Part shown: in pieces, positions 1 through 14,814 of the stretch
Numbering within the stretch: position 1 is the first letter of the stretch
Layout: every line of letters starts with the position of its first letter
Origin: Eledone cirrhosa
Lineage: Eukaryota
DNA length: 64,000 nucleotides
Direction: 5' to 3'
Assembly: GCA_964016885.1 (NCBI GenBank)
Contig: OZ024749.1
Span: forward strand, 2,542,001 to 2,606,000
Position numbers and translations under genes: made by a program
Notes under the pieces: generated by a model
Told to the model about the DNA's origin: nothing
The model's database searches: none
What the model saw: only the letters and a program-made list of their open reading frames with translations

Positions 1-35
1 CTTAAACATTAATCTGTTATTTTAATAAATATAAG

Positions 36-110
<75 letters not shown>

Positions 111-159
111 GGATAGCTCACTATCCGGGAGCTTCCAACAGTAATGGTTGCATTATTTA

Positions 160-290
160 AGGGTATGTCAATATTTATTTATAAAACTGCTCTATATTAT
201 ATTTTATCTTATGAAAGCACACCATAATTTAACTTGGTGTCCTTCAAATATGTATAATGAAATAAATATGGTTTTATAAATATAGTTTCG
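160..290 (+). mobile_element. Short hammerhead-like element, family A (degenerate copy)
   Basis: gggtatgtcaatatttatttataaaac...tattttat-CTTATGA-aagcacacc...ggtgtcctt-CAAA-tatgta-taatgaaata aligns by eye with copies at 13065-13220, 14595-14720, 48670-48800 and 63400-63540. The core is mutated here. Confidence 0.6.
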
Positions 291-392
291 ATTTGTGAAT
301 ATTGTATTTTTACTCCAATTATTTGTTGAGTGCTTTATATCAGTTACAAGAATATTTGCTTGTTGTATCCCAACAATTTAAATAGAACTTTT

Positions 393-432
<40 letters not shown>

Positions 433-889
433 ATAAGTATATATATAAATTATACATATATATATATTTATATATATTTAAGTAGTATATATACTAGTTT
501 ATATATATATATATACACACGTACATACATATATACATATATCTTTCGTCACCTATATATTTCCCACCTCCTCTCTGTCTTTTGACAGTCTCTAGATATA
601 TTTTACAATTTCACGTCACCCTCTCATTGGCTCTCTCTCTCTTCCTCTCACTCACTATCCTCCACTCAGCCTCCCCCTATCACCCTCAATCAATATCCTC
701 CACTCAGCCTCCCCCTATCCCCCTCACCGTACCACCCTCACACACTCTCATCCCCCCTCCTCCTACGCCCCTCACTACCCCCACCAATACCTCTCCACTT
801 TTCACGCAGCTTTCCTCTTTTGCTACCATGAAACGCACCTCATTAAATTATGAAGATATGAAATTGTATATCCTAAAACACAAACACAT

Positions 890-1720
<831 letters not shown>

Positions 1721-2221
1721 CCACCTATATGTGTGTATGTGTGGTAGTAGTAAAAGACGACTACCTTAGAAAAAGCCATCACAATTCAGTAGAAAAAGAT
1801 GAGATACAAATAAAACAAATCCAAAGAAAGTAATGGCCTCAGCCAGGGTATTTTAACATATTTCGGGCTTTTAGATGTTTCAGATGTCAAGCTGAAACAA
1901 TCCAAAGTAAACTAAACGAACGGAAACCATTATATATATCGTTATATATATATACAATGAATGTTATATATATAAACATACGCACATATATGTGGATGTG
2001 TTTCAATGTCGATGAGTTCTTCAAACGTATCTCAAGTTGGACATTTCATCCAGACGAATCTATTCTCTGTAATGGCTCCCATAGTCGGGTATAATTATGA
2101 AAACATTGAGAGGCTTTCATTGATAGAAAATGGCTGAATTGCTTAAATGAACACACGACATCTTCTTTCAGATGTCTCAATAGCACTTAGCAATAAGTTA
2201 TATTGGATTAATATACGACAA

Positions 2222-2445
2222 ATGGCGGTGCATTGGCAGTAACTGTAGAGCCTCGGACATCATGCAGCAGTGAGTTACGGTACTTTACGTTCCGAGTTCA
2301 AATACCCCCGGCCCCCAAGTTTAGCTTGCCGTTTCGTTTTTACAGGGTTGATAAAATAAAGTAGCAGTAATACACTGAGGTCGATTTAATTGACTTTTCT
2401 TGCCCCAAATTGCTGGCGTTGTGTCTGCATCAGAAATCATTATTA
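2222..2445 (+). mobile_element. tRNA-derived SINE, family 1 (diverged, long subtype)
   Basis: A-box-like TGGCAGTAACTG, B-box GAGTTCAAATAC, central GATAAAATAAAGTAGCAG and tail AGAAATCATTATTAT; homologous to many other copies in the window. Confidence 0.8.
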
Positions 2446-3071
2446 TACAACATTCATGTTTTATCTGTCGTGGTAATAAGAAGAGTTATTACAACCACAA
2501 ATCGCCATCAGCTCCATCTACTCATTATCTTAATGTATGAGAGTAACCGGGGATTGACAAGCTGGTTGTTAGGCGGTGATATTTAATGGACGGAATGTTT
2601 AGGGTAAATATTCAGTGGGATCGTTTGTGTTCTTGGCTGGATAATGGCATCAGTCTCGCCGTCGGTTTTAAAACCTTATCCGAAGAGCTTTTTGTGGAAT
2701 AGCCTCCACCTCAACTATTCAGATCTACCTTATAAGGATTAACGTCCCCGCAACCTCTAATCTATTCAGAATTGTTTCATATTGTGTTTGTCCAATCTCA
2801 CCCTCGCTCGATGAAACAAGTTCTGACAGGGGGGTACAACATATTCCATTGGCGGGTCACGTTTGAACATTGGAACAACTATTAGGGCCATTAGCATTTA
2901 TTAAGCACTATTCCAAAGATTCACCACAACTTCTTTCCATAACATGGAACTAGGAGATTATAACACACATAACCCTATCAGTGAAACCCTTTAGTATAGG
3001 TCAACTAACAGAAGTATTACGGTTACGAAAAGAATTCTAAATAAGCCTGCGAGGTAAACATTAAAACCAAT

Positions 3072-3141
3072 CATCGCGGGCCACTCTGACAGCTCTGGCG
3101 GGCCGGATTGTGGCCCAGGGGCCGCCTGTTTAACGCCCCTG
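3072..3141. mobile_element. hAT/Charlie-like DNA transposon terminal fragment
   Basis: GC-rich GCGGGCCGGATTGTGGCCCAGGGGCCGCCTGTTTAACGCCCCTG resembles the GGCCC-rich subterminal region and CCCCTG terminus of hAT MITEs (recall). No partner end was identified. Confidence 0.55.
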
Positions 3142-3221
3142 AGCTATGATGTAGAATGTTCTTAATGTTGCACGAAATATTATGAACATACCTTTCTAGT
3201 AGACTTTCACCGAGGAAATGA

Positions 3222-4575
3222 GCACACACAAACACACACAAACAGACACAAACACATACAAACACACACAAACACACACAAACACATACAAACAGACACA
3301 AACACATACAAACAGACACAAACAGACACAAACACATACAAACACATACAAACAGACACAAACACATACAAACACACACAAACAGACACAAACACATACA
3401 AACACATACAAACACATACAAGCAGACACAAACACACATAAACACACACAGACACAAACACATACAAACACACACAAACACATACAAACACACATAAACA
3501 GACACAAACACATATAAACACACACAAACAGACACACACACATACAAGCACATACAAACACACACAAACAGACACAAACACATACAAACAGACAGAAACA
3601 GACACAAACACATACAAACACATACAAACACATACAAACACATACAAACACACACAAACACATACAAACACACACAAACAGACACAAACACATACAAACA
3701 CATACAAACACATACAAGCAGACACAAACACACATAAACACACACAAACAGACACAAACACATACAAACACACACAAACACATACAAACACACATAAACA
3801 GACACAAACACATATAAACACACACAAACAGACACACACACATACAAGCACATACAAACACATACAAACACACACAAACAGACACAAACACATACAAACA
3901 GACACAAACACATACAAACACACATAAACAGACACAAACACATATAAACACACACAAACAGACACACACACATACAAGCACATACAAACACATACAAACA
4001 CACACAAACAGACACAAACACATACAAACACATACAAACAGACACAAACACATACAAACAGACACAAACAGACACAAACACATACAAACACACACAAACA
4101 GACACAAACACATACAAACACATACAAACACATACAAGCAGACACAAACACACATAAACACACACAAACAGACACAAACACATACAAACACACACAAACA
4201 CATACAAACACACATAAACAGACACAAACACATATAAACACACACAAACAGACACACACACATACAAGCACATACAAACACACACAAACAGACACAAACA
4301 CATACAAACAGACACAAACAGACACAAACGCATACAAACACATGCAAACACATAAAACACACACACACACACAAACAGACACAAACACACAGAAACAGAT
4401 ATAAACGCACACAAACAGATATAAACGCACACAAACAGATATAAACACACACAAACACACAAACACATACAAACAGACACATACAAAGAGACACAAACAC
4501 ACATAAACACATACAAACACACACAAACACACACAGAGACACAGCCAAATACTACACGAACACACGCACACACAT
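3222..4575. repeat. 10-bp-unit minisatellite (ACAAACACAT / ACAAACAGAC) with higher-order blocks
   Basis: 10-nt periodicity; identical 60-nt rows recur at 3481, 3781 and 4201, and at 3721 and 4141. Confidence 0.95.
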
Positions 4576-4822
4576 TACATACACATTACACTGACATAAA
4601 GAACGATATACACGAATGTCATATAAATATGGCGGAATGAATATAAGATGTGATGTTGATGGTTACCACAATGATGATCAACACGTTTGTGGTCATCATA
4701 TAGGTGTATGGAGGGGGGGGGGGGTAGGATGATAACGATGGTGACTCTGCGGAAATGGTGGTGATTATATATGAACATGATATTGATTGTCATAACGAAT
4801 AACCTGATCCTATAAACAATGA

Positions 4823-5417
4823 TTGGCACAAGGGCAGCAAACACCCAGTACATTATTGGTATTTTATTTCATCGACACCGTCATTTGAACTCAGTCTGTA
4901 AAGGGACGTAACTATGCTGGAAAGCATGGCGTCCGACTCTCTAACGATACTGACAATCCACCGCCCGGTGAAGAAATAATTGTTTCTACTTTTGGCACAA
5001 GGCCAGCAATTATCCCAGTGTATTACTGGTACTTTATTTTATCGACCTTGTAAGGATGAAAGGCAAAGTTAAGCTCGGCGGGATTTGAACTCAGATCATA
5101 AAGGGAGATAACTCTATGTTTCAAAGCATGGCGTCCGACCCTCTACCGATATTACCAATCCACGGGAAGAAATGTGATGTTTCACTATGATAATGGGGAT
5201 GATGATGGTGAAGACGATGGTGTTTTAGATAATTGTTTCTACTTTTGGCACAAGGCCATCAATTACACAGTGCATTACTGGTACTTTATTTTATCGACCC
5301 CGTAAGGATGAAAGGCAAAGTTAACCTCGGTGGGATTTGAACTCAGACCGCAAAGGGACGTAACTATGCTGGAAAGCATGGCGTCCGACCCTCTACCGAT
5401 ACTGCCAAGCCACCACC
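4823..5417 (-). mobile_element. Cluster of three SINE family 1 copies (about 4823-4965, 4977-5163, 5229-5417)
   Basis: Three same-orientation copies of ...GGCACAAGGCC...GGTACTTTATTTTATCGAC...GATTTGAACTCAG...GCATGGCGTCCGAC...CCAATCCACC; the first has an internal deletion. Confidence 0.92.
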
Positions 5418-5797
5418 CTGATGGTGTTTTAGATAATGATAATGTTGATAATGATGATAATCAACATTATAAGCATCTTGGTCACGATGACAATAATGTG
5501 GCCGCAGAAGTAAACATTATAGAGGAGCAATTGTTCAAAATGGCGTCGGGAGTATATGTAATGTAAAAGACGGAAGGCAACAACACTAAAACGGTGATCC
5601 CTAATAAATAGTGTTGTTGTGTTTGTTGTTGTTTGTTGTTGTGGTTGTCGGTTTGTTGTAAGAAAGAATCAATCATTACGAAGGGAAGCAAATAACACAC
5701 AAATCAAAATACTTACAAACAAAACATAAAATATCCGAGTGAAAGATGAAATAGAAGATAATTGAATATAGGAACAAATAACCACAAACACCTCTCT

Positions 5798-5799
<2 letters not shown>

Positions 5800-5834
<35 letters not shown>

Positions 5835-6149
5835 CAAACACACACACACATATATATGTATATATATATATATAATATATATATACATATATATATATAT
5901 AATATATATATATATATACATATACGTATACACACAAACACAGTTACATATATATATATACATACAAATACACACACACATATACATATATACATATATA
6001 TACATATATATATACATACAAACACATGTACATATGTATATATACAAACACACACACATATATATATATACATAAAAACACACACACACATATACATATA
6101 TATATACATACAAACACACACACACATATACATATATATATACATATAA

Positions 6150-6180
<31 letters not shown>

Positions 6181-6239
6181 CATATAAACACAGACACACA
6201 CACACACACATATATATACATATATATATATACATACAA

Positions 6240-6274
<35 letters not shown>

Positions 6275-6281
6275 CATATAA

Positions 6282-6312
<31 letters not shown>

Positions 6313-6357
6313 TATATATATATACAAACACACACACGTATTATATATATATATATA
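5800..6357. repeat. Compound (TA)n/(CA)n microsatellite
   Basis: Direct reading. Confidence 0.95.
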
Positions 6358-6461
6358 TCCCGCCGAGGTTAACTTTGCCTTTCATCCCTATAGGCTCGAT
6401 AAAATAAAGTACCAGTAATGCACTGGGTATGGCTGGCCTTGTGCCTAAAGTAGAAACAATT
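6357..6461 (+). mobile_element. SINE family 1, 5'-truncated
   Basis: ATCCCGCCGAGGTTAACTTTGCCTTTCATCC...GATAAAATAAAGTACCAGTAATGCACTGGG...AAAGTAGAAACAATT. Confidence 0.9.
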
Positions 6462-6707
6462 ATATATATATGTATATATATACGGGAAAGAGGAGAGGTG
6501 TTATAAGTGTACAGCAAAAGGAAATGTAGGAGATTCGATATAATCGAAGTAAATAGAAAAGTAATTGAAAAGCTGAGAAACAAAGTAACCGAGAGAGAAG
6601 TAATTAATTATCTTTAGAGTATCATTTAGATTAGATATTGTATTGCCTTCAATACTATCGTACAAAGGCAATATAGACAATATATAAACAAAAACAACTC
6701 ACACACA

Positions 6708-6756
<49 letters not shown>

Positions 6757-7167
6757 AATGTACACACTCATGTGAACGCAACGTAATACTAATACTCCAG
6801 GTTGGATTGATAAATGTTCGAGTGTAGGCTTAAGAGTATATTTGTATATACTCTCTTGTATGAGTGCACATGTGTATATAGACATACACGCGCATCCAGA
6901 AGTATAAAAGTGTGGGTGGGGATATATGTCTCTACTAAGGGATTCGCCTAAGCTCCAAAGCCCCCAAGATATTGCTGTGAAGATATATATCACACTCTAC
7001 TTTTGTCTAGTCTAAACAATAACTTTTCCAACACCCACTTTACTTTTCTTTAACAATAAGACCCACCTAGTTTTATGTCTGCCTTATACTTGGATTTGGG
7101 GGCTTCTGTTGTATATATATATGCACTTGTGCGTACATATATATATATATATATACACACATGTGTA

Positions 7168-7452
7168 GATGTGTGTGTGTCTGAGGGGGGTAGGTGTGAC
7201 TATATGTACAAGTCAACAAACATAAGTCTTTTTATTTCTAAATTTTCTAAACTATCTAAGTATTTGACTCTAACCGTTATTTTAAGTATTACCACCTCAT
7301 ATTAGTTCCTCAATTTGTATGTGTGGATGTGTGTGTGTATCTGTGGAGGTGGATGTGAGTGTAGTGCAAGCCAACCTACATAAGTCTTTTTATTTGTAAA
7401 TTTTCTACTCTAACTATAATTTTCAGTAGCACCACTCCACATAAATTCCTCA
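7168..7452. repeat. Diverged tandem duplication of a ~150-bp unit
   Basis: GATGTGTGTGTG...CATAAGTCTTTTTATTT.TAAATTTTCTA...TTCCTCAA occurs twice (about 7168-7312 and 7325-7452). Confidence 0.7.
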
Positions 7453-7611
7453 AATTAAGAATGACCTCTAGTATCTACAGATATTTACATCTGTCTTCAG
7501 TCGTCAGAATGAATAACATGGCATTCGTCGTGACAACTGAAGACATATAGAAATATCTGTCTTCAAGAAACCACTGGTAAATGAATTAATTATCTTATGT
7601 TGTTTATTACA

Positions 7612-7667
<56 letters not shown>

Positions 7668-8148
7668 TATGTAATTCATTACAGTGTGTGAACTCATGTA
7701 TATTGATAAGCTATATGGTGTGGAGCAGGCTCTTACTAAACCTCACACATTATAGATATGAAGACAGTATATATACACATATACATGCATGGAGAGTACG
7801 ACAGAAAAGATTTGCATGTATAAGCTCAGTTATTTCAGAGCATGTTCTGGACATTTCATAACTGTCTCTGCTAGTGACATCTCACATTCACTTAAGGAGA
7901 TTGTCCGGAAAAAGACGAACGCACGTCAAAAACATCGCTATAAAATATTAAAACAACTTCAGGAAAATATCTGTTTTTGTCAGTCTCTTTCTCTCTCTCT
8001 CTTTCTATCAACATTCACGTGCGCAATCACTCAGACAGAATACACGATAGCACTATGTATACACACACGCATACATACACACACACACATATATATATAT
8101 TACATAAATATATATATTGTATATCCGGCTGAGGCCATGCATATATTC

Positions 8149-8273
8149 TCTATATATATAAAATTGAAATTGTCTGTGTGTCTGTGTGTCCTAATTTTTG
8201 CAAAGTCTATACAAATCCACATTTCTACTCCGATTGACTTCAAATTTGCATATAAATATTCTTTGTGGTCTAA

Positions 8274-8314
<41 letters not shown>

Positions 8315-9255
8315 TATATATAATTATATATTCGTGTACAGTTATTTTTGCATACACAACAACAAAATATAAACAAACGTATTTATTTCACGAAAGCACA
8401 GACGGATTATCGTCATTGTTACTGCCGAGATGCCACACAAACAGTTCCACTACTTTTGGCACAAGGCCAGTAATTACATAGTCAACGGTTCGGAAATCAC
8501 ATGCATCACTGACGAGTTTACTCCTTATTCTACCAGTTAGTCTTAGTGTACTTCGTCTTGCTTTTAGGTGATGCCTCGAAGGAAGAGATACTCCATTGGC
8601 CGAAATACTGCGAAAGTGGCAAGAAAAAGAACAAAGCGGGCAAACGAATCGTCAATGGAAACTGCTATTCCACGGTCGCAAGATGCTGAACGTACTGCCA
8701 CCAGAAGAGCACTTGAAACAGACAACCAACGAAGAATTCGTCGAACCGGGTCAGCTTTGCAATGTCTATTAAACAAATCCCAGGGTCAGACCCTAGCTGT
8801 TGCTGGTCTTCTTTTGGAAGAGTCATGTTTTTCACACGGGCAACTATACGTTGGCTGTTCAAGAGTGGGAAGCAAGACAAATCTCTTTGCATATGCCCGA
8901 CACGGAAGAACAAGGGACATTGTGTACAAGGAAGTGCTACAATCATTGTTTAGGTAGACGAGGCAGAAGGGGATATACACGATTGGCTGAAGAAGGACGA
9001 GATTGTGTCAGTAACACGACCAACGGCAGCTACCACAACAACAGCAGCAAAATAAAAAAAAAAAAAAAAAAAAGGAGGGAACGCAATTACATGCTTTTTG
9101 AAAAATCTTAACGGAAAATTATCTGCATAAGAACAAAATGTAGACACCATCCCGAGGCCGAGGTATTCCTTACTTCTCTGTACTGTTTCAGAAAGGAGGG
9201 ATAAACATGCCAACCTATGTTTAGAAGCACGAGCAACGCCGGGCTATTCACCTAG
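8149..9255 (+). mobile_element. Non-autonomous, internally deleted Helitron
   Basis: 5' TCTATATATATAAAA start; 3' hairpin GCACGAGCAACGCCGGGC followed by CTAG (9252-9255) then T; internal PIF1 helicase C-terminal motifs. The 5' region is shared with the copy at ~54420. Confidence 0.85.
8568..8957 (+). pseudogene. Helitron RepHel remnant: basic N-terminus joined to PIF1-family helicase C-terminus
   Basis: NKSQGQTL...CFSHGQLYVGCSRV...TRDIVYKEVL matches PIF1/Helitron helicase motifs V-VI. The Rep domain and most of the helicase are absent. Confidence 0.85.
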
Positions 9256-10479
9256 TTTATATATATATATATATATATTGTGAGCACAGGGAGAGAGAAT
9301 GTGAGATACAAATGTTGTGTTGTAGATGTATGTCTAGAAGAATAACAACAAATATTTACTGAGATGTTGATTCCATAAATTTAGTCTTCTAAGTTCTGAT
9401 CATATTACTGTTCGGTCTCTGGCTGAAAGCATTCCAAACAGGTATTTCAATGTCGTGACATCTCGTCAGCTCTCGCCTTTATTATGAATCCCCTTCTTTT
9501 CATGCCTCCGTTAACATACATATTTGTATGGATGACTGCATATTTACGAATGTGGCCGATGACAAAAGTGTCTCACCTACCAATTATATAATTAGACAGC
9601 CGAAATTATTGGCTGTTTTATTATTAAATACTAAATTAAACTATGTCAAGTAGGTCGACTGTTAGCATATTTACAGCCTCGAACAAAATACTTTCCAGAA
9701 ATTGCTTAGATTATTTATGGTCGATTTAAGCTACTTTCCCCTTCCTTAAAATTTCTGGCCTTGTGATAGAAAACAAGCAAGTACTTTATATAACCCCAAC
9801 GAAGTCAAGCACTTCTCTCGCAGATATTTTATACCCAAAAGTACGGAAGCGACAGATATTTTATACTCCAAAGTACGGAAGCGACATATATTTTATACCC
9901 AAAAGTGCGGAAGCGATGTGCTTGTCTCTGACTCGAGCAAATGTCACTGGTAATCGGTTAAAAACTCTGAAATATTAGTGCCTTAACCACACTCAGGCAT
10001 TTGACTAAATACATACACACACACACTAACTCACCCACAGACGTACGTACGTGTGAGGGTAAATGAAGGGGACAAAATTACCTCCAGTATGAAAATCCCG
10101 CCACTCAAAATAGAACATGTTACGTCGTTTAGACAGGATATACATAAAACAGACTTCAACCTCCAACCCGTACACGACTACGGAGTGTACAACCGTTGGC
10201 TACTATTACACACATATAACCCAATAACCCTCAGACACTTTAAAACCAATAACACATACTAGGTATACAGCACACACCAGCAAAATGCGACCCTAATCGA
10301 TAGCGAACATCATGAATTTAACCTGAGTGAAGGTGACATGAATATATTCCCTACAATAACTTAGACAACCATAAATAACGGTAACATTTAACCAAACACA
10401 ACCCACGCAAATCTTTACTAGCCTAAAACATATATACCAGACAAGGAGAGGTCAACATAACATCCCTCAGGAATAGAGA

Positions 10480-11480
10480 AAGAAATTAGTTATACACAGG
10501 CTTCAGAACTCATACATAAAACAACAACAAATCTAATAACCCTCAGACGTACACAACTCTATTCTACCAATTGTATTGCCAGCACCTATCCTGTATAACA
10601 TCGGTGCCACCAATACTTACATCACTCAGTAATAACTGGCAGAATTATCTAAACAAATAACGACATAGAAACATCACAATACCAAATACGGACTCACACG
10701 ACCTTTACATAACATACAATACCACACATTGGATTCTTTCACCAAGAAGAGTAAAGACCTCCTTCGGTCACGAATGACCATGAGATTTGTACCTAGAAAG
10801 TTCCCCTCCGAGGAACTAGTCCGGGCAAGGTTGTTTGTGGAAGACCAACAGTCGCCCATACATACCAGCCTAAACTCTCCACGCCACCGATGTTGTCCAA
10901 GGTAAAGGCCATGGTCAATACATCTTGGCTCCAGTGACGTTGCAACTCATTTCTACATTTGAGTGGACTGGAGCAACGTAAAATAAAGTGTCTTGCTCAT
11001 GAACACAACGCAAAGCCAGGCCGAGAATCGAAATTACAATCTCACAATTATAAGCCCGATGCTCTAACTACTAAGCCATGTAACTTCACTATATTATATT
11101 ACTTATCTCCAAACAAGTACTAATTGACAGATCTTATTCTTCACTTAAAGTACAGGCACAAAAGATACACATATTAGACAACGACATATTAAGAAACCAC
11201 CAGTGACACAATACAACTGCTTATTACACAGCTAAGATAACAGAAATAAACAATGTCTGAAAACGTAATTTGATCTACACCGAGAAGAACGCATATGAAG
11301 AGGAGGGTCACGGCATGGGGGTGGAGTCGGTGAATTGGTGAAGGGAATTGGCGTGTATGGTACATGGACCCCGAAGTAATGAGGATGGAAGATATATAGA
11401 GCCGAACAAGATATATAAATCCTCTAACCACAGGATTTAATGACTTACTGAAGGTCCCAGCTCCATTTCATGACATGTAT
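10480..11480 (+). pseudogene. Highly degraded Penelope-like reverse transcriptase remnant, interrupted by a SINE
   Basis: Manual translation gives PILYNIGATNTYITQ**LAELSK (cf. RPIVSxIGxPTYxLSKxLAxLL) near 10585-10655 and CLKT*F...YEEEGHGMG (cf. YxQxxGxxMG) near 11255-11320, with stops and frameshifts. Confidence 0.4.
10930..11085 (-). mobile_element. tRNA-derived SINE, family 2 (head and central domain)
   Basis: The minus strand reads TGGCTTAGTAGTTAGAGC (A box)...TTCGATTC (B box)...GTGTTCATGAGCAAGACACTTTATTTTACGTTGCTCCAGTCCACTCA, a typical SINE head plus central domain. Confidence 0.75.
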
Positions 11481-11791
11481 TTAATTGTAAACTTTCATCA
11501 GCGTTTCTGTCTTTGATCTCACCACAGAAATCCAACATCTGTTAATGTATGCAAAACTTTCAACCAAAATTTAGCCTCAACTAAATTTAATCTAATTTAT
11601 ATCGAATGTGTAATGGAAATATCGAATCGGTATATACATACATATATATATATATATAAACACACACATACATATATAGAGAGAGGGAGGAAGTAGCTAT
11701 TAAACTGCTGATTACGATATGTATAGATAGTAAAACGACGGGTTACGCTACAGCCACACATTGAACGGAGGATCGGAGAGAAAGGATATAT

Positions 11792-11827
<36 letters not shown>

Positions 11828-11829
11828 TG

Positions 11830-11923
<94 letters not shown>

Positions 11924-11938
11924 GACATATACGCATAC

Positions 11939-11991
<53 letters not shown>

Positions 11992-12006
11992 GACATACAT
12001 ACATGT

Positions 12007-12044
<38 letters not shown>

Positions 12045-12600
12045 TACCCATTAGCGATTTTGATTGTCATCGTTCATTTGTTTTGTACGATAATACTTCC
12101 TCAATATTGCATTATTCTTCTGCTGTCTCAAACAATTTTATACGATTCCTTTGCCATTAAACAAACGCAAACGAAATCTACGATTGAGAAGCAGCCGATC
12201 ACAGGCCGCCATTACTATTTTTGTTTCGCGGCTACCATTTTCCTGATCTTTACGAACTCAATTATTTTCAGAGTAAACATCGATTGTAAAAATAGCTAAA
12301 TGATTCAATATCCTAACGTTCTTGACCCTCAAAGATTTTTCTTGTTGGCATTCCCATGAGAGAGAGTGAAAAAAAAACAGAGACAGAGAAAGAGAGTGAG
12401 TGAGTAAGTGAGAGAGAGAGAAAGGGAATGTGTGAGAGAGTGATATATATATACAGAGAGAGAGAGATTCAAAACACAAAGTTACACAAACATAGGCTTT
12501 AGAAAAATGGTCTGTTGTAATCACAGACATACAAACACACTCTCTTACATACATACATGAATGCATACACACACACACACACTCACACATTATATATATA

Positions 12601-12693
<93 letters not shown>

Positions 12694-12976
12694 CACACAT
12701 ATACATTCAGAAATTGATACACATGCATTTATAACTTATCCATGAAAAAAATAAGTCGTTTACTTCTTTACTACTACCCATAAACATGAACATAGTAAAT
12801 TAGATACATATACGTTCTCACATATAGATATATATATATACAGATATATGGTATATATAAAATTGCCTCCTGTGTTTTGTTTGTTTCGTTTATTACTTAT
12901 ATAAATCTCTCTCTCTGTATATATTATAATCCGTCTCGAGCTCTCTTCAGATTTTCGTCTTCATATTTATTATTAT

Positions 12977-13045
<69 letters not shown>

Positions 13046-13064
13046 ATATTAATAAATGTAAACT

Positions 13065-13217
13065 ATATTTATAAAACCATATTTATTTTATTATACATAT
13101 TACAAGGGCAACCGAGGCAAATTATGGTGCGCTTTCATCAGATAAAATACAGATTTGTTTTATAAATAAATATTGACATATCCGGAAAAAAGACAACCTT
13201 AACGGTTCGAGCTTCCT

Positions 13218-13220
<3 letters not shown>
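13065..13220 (-). mobile_element. Short hammerhead-like element, family A
   Basis: Minus strand: tattttat-CTGATGA-aagcgcacc...ggttgccctt-GTAA-tatgta-taataaaata, flanked by (TA)n. Confidence 0.65.
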
Positions 13221-13254
<34 letters not shown>

Positions 13255-13255
<1 letters not shown>

Positions 13256-13402
13256 TACCTCTACAGGATTAGAACTGTTTCCTCCGAATGAAAAACTTCT
13301 AGTCCTGTAGAATGTAGAAGCCAGTTCTATATTAAATATTAATACTCTGCTATGTATTGAGTACCTTACTTACTGTGGTTACCCCCGATTGAACCCGGGA
13401 TA
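13255..13402 (+). mobile_element. Short element, family B, with small fold-back
   Basis: CTACAGGATTAGAA...TTCTAGTCCTGTAG inverted arms followed by GTATTGAGTACCTTACTTACTGTGGTTACC..CGATT.AACCCGG; homologous to 37062-37205 and 19739-19777. Confidence 0.75.
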
Positions 13403-13416
13403 CACACACACACATA

Positions 13417-13487
<71 letters not shown>

Positions 13488-14090
13488 CGTGTGTGCGTGT
13501 GTGTGTGCGTGTGCAATCATTCATTTTTATATAATAATTTTGATGTATGACTACCATAGCAATAGGATAAACGACATGGGGTAATGTTATGTGTCTGGTT
13601 GAGGTCCAGGCTGGGGAAAGGGGAAGACATGACATTATCAGACATACCAATCTGATATTTTTGTTTTATCACGTGTTATTATCGTTGAAGTGGGTTGTCA
13701 TTTAAATGTGCTGTCTTTATAGAATGCGTAATATTGAATGAGATATTTAAGGCATTAGATATCCTGTCCAGAACGACATTTGATTTCGATGTAGTCAGCA
13801 TTAACCTCAAGTGTCTTTATTTAGGTCTTTCGTTGAGAATATCAGTGGATGGTGACATGAAACGAAATCTGAAATGTCAACGACTGACTGGCCTCCTGGA
13901 AAGATAGACGATCTATTAAGGAAGCAACAGTAGGGACATCAACAACAACAAAATTGACAAGAAGATCAACATCAAAAGCATCAATAATAACAAAAATAAC
14001 TATGAAAACACTTGAAGCAAAAACGACACCAGAAGATCTTTGTTTGTTAACCATTGTCTTTATATATGGACGAGTATATATATACACACG

Positions 14091-14183
<93 letters not shown>

Positions 14184-14523
14184 GTGTGTGTGTGTGTGTG
14201 TGTAAGTATAAATATGCTTGCCTATATATACACACATATATATATATATACATATACATACATACACATGCATATATACTCATATACATATATACAGATA
14301 TATATACACATATATATATATACACATATGCATATATAGACATATACACAAATACATACATATGTACACATATACATATATACATATATATTTATTCATA
14401 TCTATCTATATATATATATAGATATATATATATATATATAGATATATATACATATATATATATATAGATATATATACATATATATATGTATATATATACA
14501 TATATATATATGTATATATATAC

Positions 14524-14568
<45 letters not shown>

Positions 14569-14594
14569 TAGACATATATATATATATAAGCAAA

Positions 14595-14720
14595 GAACCG
14601 TTAAGATCGTCATGGATATGTCAATATTTATAAAACAAACTTTCTATTTCATCTGATGAGTGCGTACCAAAGTTTTGGTACTTTGAAATATATATAATAG
14701 AATAAATATGGTCTTATAAA
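14595..14720 (+). mobile_element. Short hammerhead-like element, family A
   Basis: ttctatttcat-CTGATGA-gtgc-GTACCAAA gt TTTGGTAC-ttt-GAAA-tatata-taatagaa. Confidence 0.7.
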
Positions 14721-14754
14721 TATAGTTTCCATTCAATTAATATCATTGATAGAC

Positions 14755-14814
<60 letters not shown>

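Noticed and set aside
2480-3000. Possible coding exon in non-repetitive sequence
   Set aside because: The frames I translated by hand contain stops and no recognisable motif.
3071-4573. 450-500 aa Cys/Val-rich ORFs
   Set aside because: All three minus frames are open across a 10-bp minisatellite, so this is not a metallothionein-like gene.
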